Assembly: GCA_020445605.1 (NCBI GenBank)
Contig: JAGRGH010000054.1
Coordinates: forward strand, 18,705-82,704
Length of the DNA: 64,000 nt
Origin: Chromatiales bacterium
GTDB lineage: Bacteria; Pseudomonadota; Gammaproteobacteria; JAGRGH01
Reading direction: 5' to 3'
The notes beneath the pieces are model-generated. The model saw only the letters and a program-made list of their open reading frames with translations, had not been told where the DNA came from and did not search any database. A program made the translations under genes and the position numbers. Shown here piece by piece: positions 1-10,087 of this stretch. Position 1 is the stretch's first letter. Each line of letters begins with the position of its first letter.

Positions 1-627
1 ATCATCGGCGGTGAACGCCGCGATCTGCCGGTAGCTCGTGATGCCCATCTCCTTGAGCATGGCCTCGATCTTGGGCCCGATGCCGTTGATGAGTTTCAGG
101 TCGTCGTTGCTGGTCGGCGCGTCGCCGGCCGTGCGTGTGGCGATTTCCGCAACGCGCTTGCGCGCCTCCGCGGCGGACGCCGGTGGTTTTGATGCCGGGG
201 CTGCGGCGGGTTTCGCGGCGGCCTTTGGACGCGGGGCGGCACGCTTTGGTTTCGGGGCGGGATTCGCGGCCGCGGACCGGGCCGCTTTCAGCTGCTTGTC
301 CAGATCCCCGGCTCTTGCTTCGCAGTCGTCCGCGCGTTGTTCGGCGGCCTGCAGCGCGGCGGTCGCGGCAGTGTGATCCGCGCGGAGCTTCGCGCTGTCC
401 TTCTCGGCCTTCGCGAGTGCGGCGCGGGCCGTGTTCGCTTGGGCGGTTTCATCGGCCAGGCCTTTGCGCAGGGCCTCGTTGCGGTCGCGTTCATCCTCGA
501 ACCGCGGCCCCCATTCGGCGACCAGCGCGCTGCGCACGCCGCGGCCGCGGCTGAACCAGCCAATGCCGATGCCGATGGCCAGTGCGATCAGCAGGAATAC
601 GACGATCTCGGTGATGGCGTAGAGCAT
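1..627 (-). CDS. Membrane-anchored coiled-coil protein with C-terminal helix-hairpin-helix motif (partial; C-terminus beyond window start)
   Basis: Reverse-complement translation from ATG at 627: MLYAITEIVVFLLIALAIGIGIGWF (one TM), Ala/Lys/Pro-rich coiled region, then DDLKLINGIGPKIEAMLKEMGITSYRQIAAF (HhH). Frame is open to coordinate 1. ATG overlaps the stop of the upstream OmpA-family gene (ATGA). Confidence 0.5.
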   Translation of the reverse strand, partial: MLYAITEIVVFLLIALAIGIGIGWFSRGRGVRSALVAEWGPRFEDERDRNEALRKGLADETAQANTARAALAKAEKDSAKLRADHTAATAALQAAEQRADDCEARAGDLDKQLKAARSAAANPAPKPKRAAPRPKAAAKPAAAPASKPPASAAEARKRVAEIATRTAGDAPTSNDDLKLINGIGPKIEAMLKEMGITSYRQIAAFTADD

Positions 628-2249
628 CAGGGCGTCTCCGATACCAGCAGTTGTACGTAACGTTCGGCGTGGCGCGCGGCGACCGGTTCGGGCGCGGCCG
701 TGGCCCTGAGGCCGATGCGCGTGCCGTCGATCCCGGTCGCGGTCAGTGCCGTCTGCACGGCCTCGGCGCGGGCGCGCGCGCGCCGGGCGCCGTCGGCGCT
801 CGGTGCGTCGATGTATTCCAGCGTCACCGTCAGGCCCGGGTAGCTCGCGAGGATGTCGGTGATCCACTCGATCTGATGGCCCATGCCGGCGCCGATCTCG
901 GTCGAGTACTCGGGGAACAGCAGCACCGAGCCGATGCGTTCGTCGATCAGGCTCTGCACCTCTTCGGCACTACGAGCGCGCGGCTTCAGGTCGACGCGCG
1001 TGGTCCCCGGCGCGAGCACCTGGGTCAGCAGGCGGCTCAGCGAGTCGGCCTCCGCCAGCGTGTCCACGCTGCCTTCGACGAGGGTCTCATCGCCGATCAT
1101 GTACAGCGCGAAGTCCGACAGGAACTGCAAACGTGACAGCGCGGCGGCGAACCGCACGTTGGCGTCCAGCGCCGCGATGTCGCGATCGACATCGACCTGC
1201 GACTGCACCCTTGTGGCGCCCAGCACGGCACGCGCGACGGTTTCGGTCACCTGTCGATCACGCTGGCTGCCGACCGTGCCGTTCAGCGTGAGTTGTCCGC
1301 CTGCGACGGTCGCTGCGATCTGCGCGGGCAGCAGTGGTTTGACCGAGATGTCGGTCGTGATCAGAAAGCCGCGGGCCAGTCGGCCGAGGCGCGCCAGCGC
1401 GGCCTCGCGGGCGGCCGTTTCCGCTGCACGGCCACGCAGCTCGACCGTATCGCCGCGCAGTACCAGCGAACCGGTATGCAGTTCGCGCAGCGCGCGGAGC
1501 AGCACGGAAATCGCGCCCTCCCAGCCGCTCGCGGCGGAGTCCGACACGCTGATGCTCGGGTCCACGGCGTCCGTGCCGAAGATCGCGCGCGCGGGGCTCA
1601 GCACGCGGTTGGCCAGCGCCGGGTGCGCCAAAGTCGCACGCAGGGCCAGGCGGTCGCCGTCCCAGCGCATCGCGAGCGCAGCGTCGGCGGGCAGCGTCGT
1701 CGAGTCGGTGTTCTGTGTCCCGGCCTTTGCCGGCGGTGCGGGCGACTGTGCTGCAGGCCTCGTGGTCTCGGTGCTGACTGCCGGAGCCGGAGCCGGAGCC
1801 GGGGTCGGTTTGACGGTCGCAGGGGCGGGCTCGGGTTTCGCGGCAGCCACGGGTGCTGGCGCAACCGGCACGGGCGCTGCCGCGGGCGGTGCGGCAGTCG
1901 GGGCCGGCGTTGCGATCACCGGCGCGTCGGCCGGGCGCGATGCGATGAATCGCGCGACGCGCACGCCGTCGACAGCCTCGGCGACCTGCTCGATCGTCCA
2001 GCGGCGGTCCGGCGACAGCGACGGGCCGCGCAGGGTGCCGTCACGGCCGTCGAAAGTGATCTCATCGACGAGTTCGCGCAGACCCGCATGGTCGAGGGCC
2101 GCGCTGGTGCGCTCGTTGAGATCGCGCTGTTCGCGCGGGATCGCCCAGAGCACGCTCACGACGACCAGCACGACGAATGCGAACCACAGCAGGTTCAGCC
2201 TGGTGCGTTCGCGTGCCTGGATGGCAGCGACTTCTTCGCTGGGGGTCAT
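627..2249 (-). CDS. OmpA-family envelope protein: N-terminal TM anchor, Pro/Ala-rich linker, BON-like repeats, C-terminal OmpA-like peptidoglycan-binding domain
   Basis: 540-aa ORF. N-terminal hydrophobic segment LLWFAFVVLVVVSVLWAI. Linker PAPTAAPPAAAPVPVAPAPVAAAKPEPAPATVKPTPAPAPAP. C-terminal LTVTLEYIDAPSADGARRARARAEAVQTALTATGIDGTRIG resembles the OmpA_C motif. Confidence 0.6.
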   Translation of the reverse strand: MTPSEEVAAIQARERTRLNLLWFAFVVLVVVSVLWAIPREQRDLNERTSAALDHAGLRELVDEITFDGRDGTLRGPSLSPDRRWTIEQVAEAVDGVRVARFIASRPADAPVIATPAPTAAPPAAAPVPVAPAPVAAAKPEPAPATVKPTPAPAPAPAVSTETTRPAAQSPAPPAKAGTQNTDSTTLPADAALAMRWDGDRLALRATLAHPALANRVLSPARAIFGTDAVDPSISVSDSAASGWEGAISVLLRALRELHTGSLVLRGDTVELRGRAAETAAREAALARLGRLARGFLITTDISVKPLLPAQIAATVAGGQLTLNGTVGSQRDRQVTETVARAVLGATRVQSQVDVDRDIAALDANVRFAAALSRLQFLSDFALYMIGDETLVEGSVDTLAEADSLSRLLTQVLAPGTTRVDLKPRARSAEEVQSLIDERIGSVLLFPEYSTEIGAGMGHQIEWITDILASYPGLTVTLEYIDAPSADGARRARARAEAVQTALTATGIDGTRIGLRATAAPEPVAARHAERYVQLLVSETP

Positions 2250-2394
2250 ACGCGGGTTCCGGGTTGTTATGCGTCACGATGGCCGTCACGGGGGTGCCGA
2301 CCGTGGCCCGCTGCTTCTGACGGGCTGTCCGGCGATTTTAGCAGCACGGCGCGAGAGTGCATGGCCAAGGCAACGCCGTGCCGGCCGGGGTGGG

Positions 2395-3456
2395 TCAGAA
2401 CGCGTCCGCGGGCAGAAGCTCGACCGGCAGGCGATACCTGGATGCACTGCGCATGATCGCTCCGTCGATGCGCTCGCGCGCTTGGTCATCGAGTTCGTCG
2501 CGCCAGCGTTCGTCGCAGCGCACATCACCCGCGCCGCCCAGCCGCATGGCATTGCCGAGGATGTGGTGTTCCACACCGCGAAAATCGGCGGGCAGCGTGT
2601 GACGCTCGAGTCCCAGCGCATCGGTGAGCCGGTCAACGGCCGTTTGTGGCTGGCTGCAGAGCGTTTCGTAGTGCAGCACCGAGCGCCGCTCGAAACGACG
2701 GAGTACGCGCTCGATCTGCGCCTGTTCGCGCGCCCAGCGGGCGACGGACGCCTCCAGCGGCATGCCCCATTTGCGCCGCACCGATGCCGCGAACGCGCGC
2801 GGGTCGCGCACGAGATGCACGGCCGTCAGCTGCAGACGCGGGTCGCGCGCCAGGTGATTCAGTCGATGCGGCGACTTGGCGGCATCGACAAATGCCTGGG
2901 CGCCGAAATGGGCCAGGGCCGTGTCGACCAGCACGCGGTTTGCGGCCAGCGCACGGCGCAGCTCTCCACTGGTTCCGGGCAGGCGCCACAGCAGGGCGTC
3001 ACGCAGCGGTTCGACCTTGCCCAGTGCCCCCGGCAGCGGCCCGGTCAGCAGGCGATTGCGCCGGCCGTCGGCACTGAGCGCAAAGCGGGTGCCGAAGTTG
3101 CGGAAGTCAAATGGCAGCTTCGCCACCGCGAACGCCGCGGCGAGTTCACGAAAAAACACGCAGTCCGGCACGCGCGCCCCGCACGAGCAGCGATAGTCCT
3201 CGCCGTCGTTCCATGACCAGCCCTCCGCCTCGCTGATCGTTGCGATCCGCGGGTGGGTATTCAGCAGGAACGCGAGCAGCGTCGAGCCCGAATATGAGGA
3301 GGCGCTGATGTAGAGGTACGGGATCACGCCCGCGCTCGCAGTGGCTCGAATCGCTTCGCCTCGATCCGCCAGGCGCGGGCGGATGCCGTGAGCACCAGAC
3401 AGGATGGCCCGCCATGGGTCCGCGCGCGACCGGCCGCGCCCGGGTTCAGAATCCAC
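2395..3456 (-). CDS. Sulfotransferase-family protein (start uncertain)
   Basis: PAPS-binding P-loop-like motif VIPYLYISASSYSGSTLLAFLL in the N-terminal region. The ORF as tracked overlaps the upstream metallophosphoesterase gene by ~130 bp, so the true start is probably internal, near 3330-3360. Confidence 0.5.
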   Translation of the reverse strand: MDSEPGRGRSRADPWRAILSGAHGIRPRLADRGEAIRATASAGVIPYLYISASSYSGSTLLAFLLNTHPRIATISEAEGWSWNDGEDYRCSCGARVPDCVFFRELAAAFAVAKLPFDFRNFGTRFALSADGRRNRLLTGPLPGALGKVEPLRDALLWRLPGTSGELRRALAANRVLVDTALAHFGAQAFVDAAKSPHRLNHLARDPRLQLTAVHLVRDPRAFAASVRRKWGMPLEASVARWAREQAQIERVLRRFERRSVLHYETLCSQPQTAVDRLTDALGLERHTLPADFRGVEHHILGNAMRLGGAGDVRCDERWRDELDDQARERIDGAIMRSASRYRLPVELLPADAF

Positions 3457-3854
3457 GGCCGTGCATCGCGGTCGATGACCAGCCGGTGGCTGTGTCCGTA
3501 GACCACGGCACGTGCGCCCGCGTGCTTGTCGCGCAGTCTTGCGTGACGCTGCGCGACCGTGCCGGCACGGTGGCCGTGTTCAACGGCGAGTCGCCCGCCC
3601 GGCAGCTCGATGTCGGTTTCCCATGGCAGGGTCGCAAGCGCCGTGTGATCGATTGCGGGCCAGCCGCGCGGTTCGTCATTGTTGCCGCGCACCGCGATGA
3701 CGTTTCCGCTGCGCGGACGGAGTTCGCGCAGCACCTCGAGCGCGCCGATGTCGCCGGCGTGGACCGCAATGTCGCAGTCAGCGACCAGCGCCGCGATGCG
3801 CGGGTCGAGCATGGCGTGGGTGTCGGAAACGATCGCCACGCGAACGGGCGGCAT
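3324..3854 (-). CDS. YfcE-like metallophosphoesterase (MPP superfamily phosphodiesterase)
   Basis: MPPVRVAIVSDTHAM...VHAGDIG...VRGNNDE...GHSH: canonical metallophosphatase D-x-H / GD / GNHD-like / GH motifs. Start taken at the second Met (3854), which gives a 19-bp gap to the SDR gene. Confidence 0.7.
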   Translation of the reverse strand: MPPVRVAIVSDTHAMLDPRIAALVADCDIAVHAGDIGALEVLRELRPRSGNVIAVRGNNDEPRGWPAIDHTALATLPWETDIELPGGRLAVEHGHRAGTVAQRHARLRDKHAGARAVVYGHSHRLVIDRDARPWILNPGAAGRARTHGGPSCLVLTASARAWRIEAKRFEPLRARA

Positions 3855-3873
3855 GGGGGTGCCTGCGTGTGGT

Positions 3874-4620
3874 TCAGCCAGCGGACGGGGCGAGCCGCAG
3901 ACCATGACTCGCCGTGGCCGGTTCCAGCAGCTGGATGAACGCCGGTGCGATCATGGCGGGGTCGGTCGTCGCGTCGGCTGGCTCGGCCGGGAACGCCTGC
4001 AGGCGCAGGCGCGTGCGCATCGGCGGCGGCACGACGGCCGCCACGCGCACCGGCGTGTCGTTCATTTCATCGGTCAGCACCTCGCGCAGGGCGATGCGAC
4101 CGGCGTTCGCTGCGGCGTAGGCGCCCCAGTACGCGCGGTGCGTGCGCGCCGGCTCGTCCTCGGTGAACACGATCGTGGCCGTATCGCGTTCGAGCAGCAG
4201 TGGCAGGCAGGCACGCACGAGCAGAAATTCCGCGGTCAGATTCAGCTGAACGGTGCGTTCCCACACGCCCGCATCGAAATGCCGCACTGGCGAGAGCATG
4301 CCGAGTTGGGCGGCACACAGCACCAGCCCGTCGAGGCGGCCGATCTGCTCGCGCACGACGGCGGCGGCACGTTCGAAATCCGCTTCGGTGGCGGTGGCCA
4401 GATCCAGCGGCAGCAATGCCGGTTCGGCGCCGTTGCCAGCCGTGATTGCGTCGTAGGTGTCTTCGAGCTTGCGCAGCACCCGCCCGACCAGGACCACGGT
4501 GGCGCCATGCGCGGCGCAGGCCAGTGCCACGGCGCGGCCGAGGCCGTCACCGGCGCCGGTGACCAGAATCGTCTGGCCGGTCAGCACATCGGCCCGTGGC
4601 TGCGAATCGTTGGTGTTCAT
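3874..4620 (-). CDS. Short-chain dehydrogenase/reductase (YciK-like SDR)
   Basis: ILVTGAGDGLGRAVALACAAHGATVVLVGR Rossmann TGxxxGxG motif and SDR architecture. The start overlaps the rmuC stop by 4 nt. Confidence 0.75.
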   Translation of the reverse strand: MNTNDSQPRADVLTGQTILVTGAGDGLGRAVALACAAHGATVVLVGRVLRKLEDTYDAITAGNGAEPALLPLDLATATEADFERAAAVVREQIGRLDGLVLCAAQLGMLSPVRHFDAGVWERTVQLNLTAEFLLVRACLPLLLERDTATIVFTEDEPARTHRAYWGAYAAANAGRIALREVLTDEMNDTPVRVAAVVPPPMRTRLRLQAFPAEPADATTDPAMIAPAFIQLLEPATASHGLRLAPSAG

Positions 4621-5963
4621 TCGCCGTCGGCCTCGGAACCGTCGGCGGGCAGCGGGGCATCGGCAGCGGTTTCCCCACCCGGATCCAGGGTGCGCGTGCG
4701 CGCATCGATCGGCTCGGGTTCCTCGAGTTCGCGCGTCGCCTGGATGCCCATCTCCGGAAAGCGCCGCAGGCTCGGCAATACCTGCCGGTTCAGCGAACCG
4801 ACCGCACGGTTGAACTGTTCGACCGAGCCGTTGAGGCTCTTGCCGAGACGACCGAGATGTTCGGTCAGGGTCGCCACGCGCTTGTAGAGTTCCTGGCCCA
4901 GATCGCGGATCTGTTCGGCGTTTTCACTGATGGCCTGCTGCTGCCAGCCGTAGGCGATCGCGCGCAGCAGCCCGATCAGGCTGGTCGGTGTGGCGAGCAC
5001 GACGCGCTGCGCCATCGCGTCCTCGAGCAGGCTCGCGTCATGATCCAGCGCTGCGCTCAGGAACTGGTCGCCGGGCACGAACAGCACGACGAATTCCGGC
5101 GAGCGCTCGAACTGCGCCCAGTAACTCTTGGCGGCCAGTTCGCGCACCCGCGCGCGCATGCCGCGGGCATGCCGGGTAAGGTGCTGGGCCGTCTCTTCCG
5201 GCGGCGACTCGATCGCACTCAGATACGCGTCCAGCGGCGTTTTCGCGTCGACGATGACTTCGCGTCGGTTCGGTAGCCGGACGATCATGTCCGGACGGGA
5301 CTGTCGGCCGTCGACGTTGGCAGTTTCCTGTTCCACGAAGTCACAGTGCTGCACCATGCCAGCGAGCTCGACTAGGCGTTTGAGCGTCAGCTCGCCCCAG
5401 CGCCCGCGCACCTCCGGCCGGCGCAGTGCCTGCACGAGATTGCGGGTCTCGCTCTGCAGCTCGCGCTGGGTTTCGGCCATCGCGCTCAAGTGCTGCGTCA
5501 CCGCGCCGTAGGCCTGCTGGCGGGCGTTCTCGATGCGCGCGAGTTCGCGCTCGGTCTTCGAGAGCGCCTCGGCGACCGGCTTCACCAGTCCCTGCAGGGC
5601 CTGGTCACGACGCTCGAAGTCGGACTTCGCACGGGCCTGGATCTGTTCGAAGCGCTCGCCGGCCAGTTGCAGGAACAGTTCGTTGTTGACCTTCAGCGCA
5701 CTGGAGGAGAGCTGCGCAAAGGCGCGCGCCAGATCCTCGCGGGTACCGCGCAACAGCGCCATTTTCTGCTGCTCGGCCTGTTCCTCGGCGGCGAGTCGCG
5801 CCTCGAGCGCGCGCTTTTCCTCGCCCAGCGCACGCAGCTCGCGCGACATGCGTTCGATGCGCCGCTGCTCGAAGATGAACACGGCCAGCGCGCCGACCAG
5901 AAGCGCGATGACCACGGCCATCCAGAAGCTCAGCAGATCGGGCTGCCAGGTCTCTACACCCAT
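4617..5963 (-). CDS. rmuC: DNA recombination protein RmuC
   Basis: 448 aa with N-terminal TM segment, long coiled-coil, and conserved RmuC C-terminal region (FVVLFVPGDQFLSAALDHD...). Follows gph/ubiG as in many gammaproteobacteria. Confidence 0.85.
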   Translation of the reverse strand: MGVETWQPDLLSFWMAVVIALLVGALAVFIFEQRRIERMSRELRALGEEKRALEARLAAEEQAEQQKMALLRGTREDLARAFAQLSSSALKVNNELFLQLAGERFEQIQARAKSDFERRDQALQGLVKPVAEALSKTERELARIENARQQAYGAVTQHLSAMAETQRELQSETRNLVQALRRPEVRGRWGELTLKRLVELAGMVQHCDFVEQETANVDGRQSRPDMIVRLPNRREVIVDAKTPLDAYLSAIESPPEETAQHLTRHARGMRARVRELAAKSYWAQFERSPEFVVLFVPGDQFLSAALDHDASLLEDAMAQRVVLATPTSLIGLLRAIAYGWQQQAISENAEQIRDLGQELYKRVATLTEHLGRLGKSLNGSVEQFNRAVGSLNRQVLPSLRRFPEMGIQATRELEEPEPIDARTRTLDPGGETAADAPLPADGSEADGE

Positions 5964-6619
5964 GCCAGCACCTCGTGCGGGTGATCGATGATGCCGTCCG
6001 CACCCCAGGTCTCGGGCCGGTCGTCGGGGCCGATGTAGCCGAAGCGCGCGACCAGCGTGCGCGCGCCGGCGCGCCGGCCGGCCTCGATGTCGCGCTCGGC
6101 ATCGCCCACATACAGGCTCGTGTGCGGCGCACAGCCGGCCCGGGCGCAGGCGGCGAGGATCGGGTCCGGATGCGGCTTGGCCCGCGGCAGGGTGTCGCCA
6201 CTGATCGCGCAGCAGGCGCGCGTGTGCAGGCCCAGTGCCACGAGCAGCGGATCGGTCAGCCGGCCGGGCTTGTTGGTGACCACGCCCCAGCCGGTGCCAC
6301 GCCGTTCCAATGTTTCCAGCAATTCGGGCATGCCTTCGAACAGCGTCGATTCGGATGTGATGTCCGCGCGGTACAGATCCAGCAGTTGCAGGCGCAGGGC
6401 ATCGAAGGCGGGGTCGTCGCGACCGACCCCGAGACCATGTTCGATCATTGCGCCGGCACCGTGCGAGACGTGCGGTCGCAGCGCGGCGAGCGACAGGGCC
6501 GGCTCGTCGCGGTCGGCGCGCAGCCGGTTCACGGCGCGCAGCAGGTCCGGTGCGGTGTCGACCAGCGTGCCGTCGAGGTCGAACAACACCAGCCCGATGG
6601 GTCCATTTGGGCCGCTCAC
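5954..6619 (-). CDS. gph: Phosphoglycolate phosphatase (HAD superfamily)
   Basis: [12 protein letters not shown] (HAD motif I), VVTNKP (motif II), [12 protein letters not shown] (motif IV). GTG start at 6619 overlaps the ubiG stop (GTGA); classic ubiG-gph arrangement. Confidence 0.75.
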   Translation of the reverse strand: MSGPNGPIGLVLFDLDGTLVDTAPDLLRAVNRLRADRDEPALSLAALRPHVSHGAGAMIEHGLGVGRDDPAFDALRLQLLDLYRADITSESTLFEGMPELLETLERRGTGWGVVTNKPGRLTDPLLVALGLHTRACCAISGDTLPRAKPHPDPILAACARAGCAPHTSLYVGDAERDIEAGRRAGARTLVARFGYIGPDDRPETWGADGIIDHPHEVLAWV

Positions 6620-7329
6620 GCGTCCTCGCGCCGATACCACGCGAGGTAGTTCACGTCGACGCCGGGTCCGAGCCGATAGTTTCGTGTCAGCGGGTTGTAG
6701 TGCATGCCGGTGATTTCGCGCAGCGTGAGGCCGGCCGTGCGGGACGCCTGATCGAGTTCGGACGGGCGCAGGAGTTTCGCGTAGTCGTGCGTGCCGCGGG
6801 GCAGGAGCTTCAGGACATACTCGGCGCCGACGATCGCCATCAGCCATGCCTTCGGCGTGCGGTTGATGGTCGAGAAGAACACCGATCCGCCGGGACGCAC
6901 GAGCGTCGCGCAGGCGCGCACGACCGAGGCCGGGTCCGGCACGTGTTCGAGCATCTCCAGACAGGTCACCACGTCGAATCCCGCCGGCTCCGCGGCCGCG
7001 AGGGTCTCGGCGCTGGTGTGCCGATAGTCGACGCGGGTGCCGGATTCGATTGCATGCAGGCGCGCAACGGACAGCGGCGCCTCGCCCAGATCAATGCCGA
7101 CGACGCTGGCGCCACGCGCGGCCATGGATTCGGCGAGAATGCCTCCGCCGCAGCCGATGTCGACGACCCGCAGGCCGTCGAGATCGACGCGTGCGTCGAT
7201 GAAGTTCAGCCGCAGCGGGTTGATGTCATGCAGGGGTTTGAATTCGGAGTCCGGGTCCCACCAGCGACTGGCGAGCGCCTCGAATTTGGCGAGTTCGGCG
7301 GCGTCGGCGTTCAATGGCGTCGCGGTCAT
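6616..7329 (-). CDS. ubiG: Ubiquinone biosynthesis O-methyltransferase UbiG
   Basis: [22 protein letters not shown]...[13 protein letters not shown] (SAM-binding) ...[13 protein letters not shown]. Near full-length match to the UbiG family. Confidence 0.9.
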   Translation of the reverse strand: MTATPLNADAAELAKFEALASRWWDPDSEFKPLHDINPLRLNFIDARVDLDGLRVVDIGCGGGILAESMAARGASVVGIDLGEAPLSVARLHAIESGTRVDYRHTSAETLAAAEPAGFDVVTCLEMLEHVPDPASVVRACATLVRPGGSVFFSTINRTPKAWLMAIVGAEYVLKLLPRGTHDYAKLLRPSELDQASRTAGLTLREITGMHYNPLTRNYRLGPGVDVNYLAWYRREDA

Positions 7330-7388
7330 GTTCGTTTGCTGCCCCATGTCTGCATGTCAGTGTACCGGCCACGTGGGAACGCCGCGAG

Positions 7389-7589
7389 ATGAATGCCGGC
7401 TGGGTCGCCGCCTTTGCGCTCTGGCCACTGGCGGGCGTTGTCGTGACCGCCCTGGTCAATCAGTTCTACCGGCGACGGCATGGTTGCGAACTGGTTGGTC
7501 CGCCGCCGGCGCCGATCGACATCCTGATCCGGATGTACCTGTGGCCGCTGTTGATCATCGCGGCCTGGTGGGTGCGCCGTGGCCGGTGA
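7389..7589 (+). CDS. Small hypothetical two-TM membrane protein (66 aa)
   Basis: MNAGWVAAFALWPLAGVVVTALVNQFYRRRHG...LWPLLIIAAWWVRRGR: two hydrophobic helices. Sits between divergent ubiG and convergent anmK. Coding status uncertain. Confidence 0.3.
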   Translation: MNAGWVAAFALWPLAGVVVTALVNQFYRRRHGCELVGPPPAPIDILIRMYLWPLLIIAAWWVRRGR

Positions 7590-7594
7590 CGCGA

Positions 7595-8704
7595 TCAGAG
7601 TTCCAGAAGCCGGCCCGGATAGATCGCTCCGCTGATGGTGTTTTCGCTCGCGCCCGTGATCGATGCCAGCGCCAGCGGTCGTCCGGCCAGGCGCTCGCGG
7701 GCGAACCACGCGAATGCCGCAGCCTCGACCCAGTCCGGCCCGATGCCGAGCGCCAAGGTCGTGTCCACGGCGCATCCTGAACGGCTCGCGATGCGTTCGA
7801 GCACGAAGCGGTTGTGCGCACCGCCGCCACAGGCATGGATCGTCTGCGCCGGCGCGCAGGCACGCGCGACCGTAATGGCGGTCAGTTCCGCCAGCGTGCG
7901 CTGGATGTCGGCCGGCGGCAGTTCCAGCCCGGCCGTGCGTGCATTGAGCCAGCCGCGACTGAACAGTTCCGGACCCGTGCTTTTCGGCGCGCGCCGCGCG
8001 AAGTAGGGCTCGTCGAGCAGCCGTGCCAGCAGTTCCTCGCTGAGCCGGCCGCTGGCCGCCCACGCGCCCTGGTCGTCATAGGCGAGCCCGGCGTGGTGGG
8101 CGCGAAACCAGAGGTCCAGCAGCGTGTTGGCGGGGCCGCAGTCCGAACCCGTCGGCAGGGTGTTTTCGCCGATCGGCAGCAGCGTGACGTTCGCGATGCC
8201 GCCCAGATTCACGATGGCGCGTGACTGCGAGCGGTGCGCGAACATGCGCTGGTGGAAGGCCGGCGCGAACGGCGCGCCCTGGCCGCCGGCGGCCATGTCG
8301 CGGCGACGGAAGTCGGCGACCACCGTGATGCCGGTGCGCTGCGCGAGGCGATGCGGATCGCCGATCTGGAGCGTGAATGGTCGCGCGCCGTCCGGGCGGT
8401 GGCGAACGGTCTGGCCGTGGCTGCCGATGGCGGCAATCCGGCGCGGTTCGATTCGCAGCGCTGCGAGCAGCCCCAGCGCGGCCGCGGCGAGTTCCTCGCC
8501 GAGCCAGTGATCGGTCGCGCCGAGCAGGTCGAGTCCGTCCTCGCCTGGCTGTTGCAGCCGACGGATGTCGGCCTGCAATTCGGGCGGCAGCGCATGGCTG
8601 TGGGTCCCGACCAGCGCGGGCCGAGTGCCGGCGCAGTCGAGCAGCGCGCAGTCGATCGCGTCGACGCTGGTGCCGGTGATCAGGCCGAGGAAGAGGTCGG
8701 ACAT
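7595..8704 (-). CDS. anmK: Anhydro-N-acetylmuramic acid kinase
   Basis: MSDLFLGLITGTSVDAIDCALLD...GGGAHNRFVL: full-length AnmK signature. The anmK / M23 peptidase / tyrS neighbourhood matches Pseudomonas. Confidence 0.9.
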   Translation of the reverse strand: MSDLFLGLITGTSVDAIDCALLDCAGTRPALVGTHSHALPPELQADIRRLQQPGEDGLDLLGATDHWLGEELAAAALGLLAALRIEPRRIAAIGSHGQTVRHRPDGARPFTLQIGDPHRLAQRTGITVVADFRRRDMAAGGQGAPFAPAFHQRMFAHRSQSRAIVNLGGIANVTLLPIGENTLPTGSDCGPANTLLDLWFRAHHAGLAYDDQGAWAASGRLSEELLARLLDEPYFARRAPKSTGPELFSRGWLNARTAGLELPPADIQRTLAELTAITVARACAPAQTIHACGGGAHNRFVLERIASRSGCAVDTTLALGIGPDWVEAAAFAWFARERLAGRPLALASITGASENTISGAIYPGRLLEL

Positions 8705-8752
8705 GGGGTGGCGCGAGTAGCGGAGCAGTACCCCGGGCGGCGCGCAGACGGA

Positions 8753-10087
8753 CTAGGGCGCGGCGCTCGCGAACAGGGTGCGGCCGAGCAGATCGAGCTG
8801 GGCCAGCAGCGGTGCGGACTCGGCCTCGAACGCCTCGCGGTATTCCGGCGCGATCGGCTCGGCGCTCGGCAGTTTCACGCGCTGCGGATTGACGTGACTG
8901 CCGTTGACGCGGAACTCGTAATGCAGGTGTGGCCCGGTGGCGAGCCCGGATTGGCCGACATGGCCGATGATCTGACCCTGGCGGACCCGCTCGCCTTTAG
9001 CTGAACCCTTGCCGTAACGCGACAGGTGCGCATACAGCGTCGAGCGGCCGTTCGCATGCTTGATCTCGACCGTGCGACCGTAACCGCCCTTGGTGCCGCG
9101 GAACTCGATCGTGCCATCGCCCGCGGCGCGCACCGGGGTGCCGGTTGCGGCCGCGTAGTCGACGCCCTTGTGCGCACGGATCTTGTTGAGGATCGGATGC
9201 TTGCGCCCGAGGCTGAAGCCCGAGGTGATGCGCACGATGTCGATCGGGTTGCGCAGGAAGGCCTTCTGCATGCGCTTGCCGTCGGGCTGGTAGTAGCTGC
9301 TGCGTCCGCGTGAGTCGGTAAAGCGCAGGGCGCGCAGGACGCGGCCCTGATTGACGAACTCCGCGGCGATCAGGTCGCCTTCGCGCAGCCGTTCGCCGTC
9401 CATGTAGAGTTCGTCGTAGACGACCGTGAAGGTGTCGCCGGCGCGCAGCTCCTGCGCGAAGTCGATATCCCAGCCGAACACATCGGCGAGCTGCATGATC
9501 AGGCCGTCGCTGAGTCCCGCGCGCTGGCCGGCGTCGAACAGCGAGGAGTCGATGGTCTCGGACACCCAGGTCCGGCGGCGCTCCACGTCCTGCTCGATGC
9601 GCTCGAAGCGCCAGCCGTCGTCGGCACGCTGGGCGGCGAGCGTGATGATCGGATCCGGGAGGACTTCCAGACGCTCCAGCCGGCCGTCCTCGACCGTCCC
9701 CAGCCGCACGGTCTGGCCCGGGTGCAGATTGGCCATCTCGCGGGTTTCGCGGCCCAGTTCCATGATCTCGTGCAGGGTCCGGGCGCTGACCCCGGCGCGC
9801 TGGAACAATGCGGCAAGGTTGTCACCGCTGGCGACCGTGAATTCGGTCCATTGCCGGGCATCGGCAACCGGGGCGGGATCGCCGGGCGCGGCGCTGCTGG
9901 TGGCCGGCGGCAGTTGCAGCGGGATGACGATGCGCCCGGTTGCCGGGGCCGTTGTGCCGGAGTCGTCGCCGCCGATCAGATACCAGCCGGCCGCACCGAG
10001 GGCCACGACCACAACCAGCGCGGCGATCAGGCCGCCGCGTGAGCGCTTGGGGGGTGTCGGGTCCAGTCGGGCGCTGTAGTCTCGCAT
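8753..10087 (-). CDS. M23-family peptidoglycan DD-metalloendopeptidase with OapA/LysM-like N-domain
   Basis: HKGVDYAAATGTPVRAAGDGTI...YGRTVEIKHANGRSTLYAHLS...GPHLHYEF (M23 zinc ligands HxxxD and HxH). N-terminal TM plus LysM/OapA-like segment. Start at MRDYSARLD (10087). Confidence 0.85.
   Translation of the reverse strand: MRDYSARLDPTPPKRSRGGLIAALVVVVALGAAGWYLIGGDDSGTTAPATGRIVIPLQLPPATSSAAPGDPAPVADARQWTEFTVASGDNLAALFQRAGVSARTLHEIMELGRETREMANLHPGQTVRLGTVEDGRLERLEVLPDPIITLAAQRADDGWRFERIEQDVERRRTWVSETIDSSLFDAGQRAGLSDGLIMQLADVFGWDIDFAQELRAGDTFTVVYDELYMDGERLREGDLIAAEFVNQGRVLRALRFTDSRGRSSYYQPDGKRMQKAFLRNPIDIVRITSGFSLGRKHPILNKIRAHKGVDYAAATGTPVRAAGDGTIEFRGTKGGYGRTVEIKHANGRSTLYAHLSRYGKGSAKGERVRQGQIIGHVGQSGLATGPHLHYEFRVNGSHVNPQRVKLPSAEPIAPEYREAFEAESAPLLAQLDLLGRTLFASAAP

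Noticed and set aside
883-3216. 777-aa + strand ORF (and similar long ORFs 1293-2456, 11366-12955 minus, 13131-14609 minus, 17188-18603 minus, 22224-23225 minus, 23206-24543 minus, 35969-37717 minus, 41032-43362 minus, 49114-50238 minus, 61017-62186 minus, 62747-63814 minus, 29236-30824 minus upper part)
   Set aside because: All are antisense or out of frame relative to confidently identified genes, with Arg/Ala/Gly/Pro-rich low-complexity translations. These are GC-bias artefacts.
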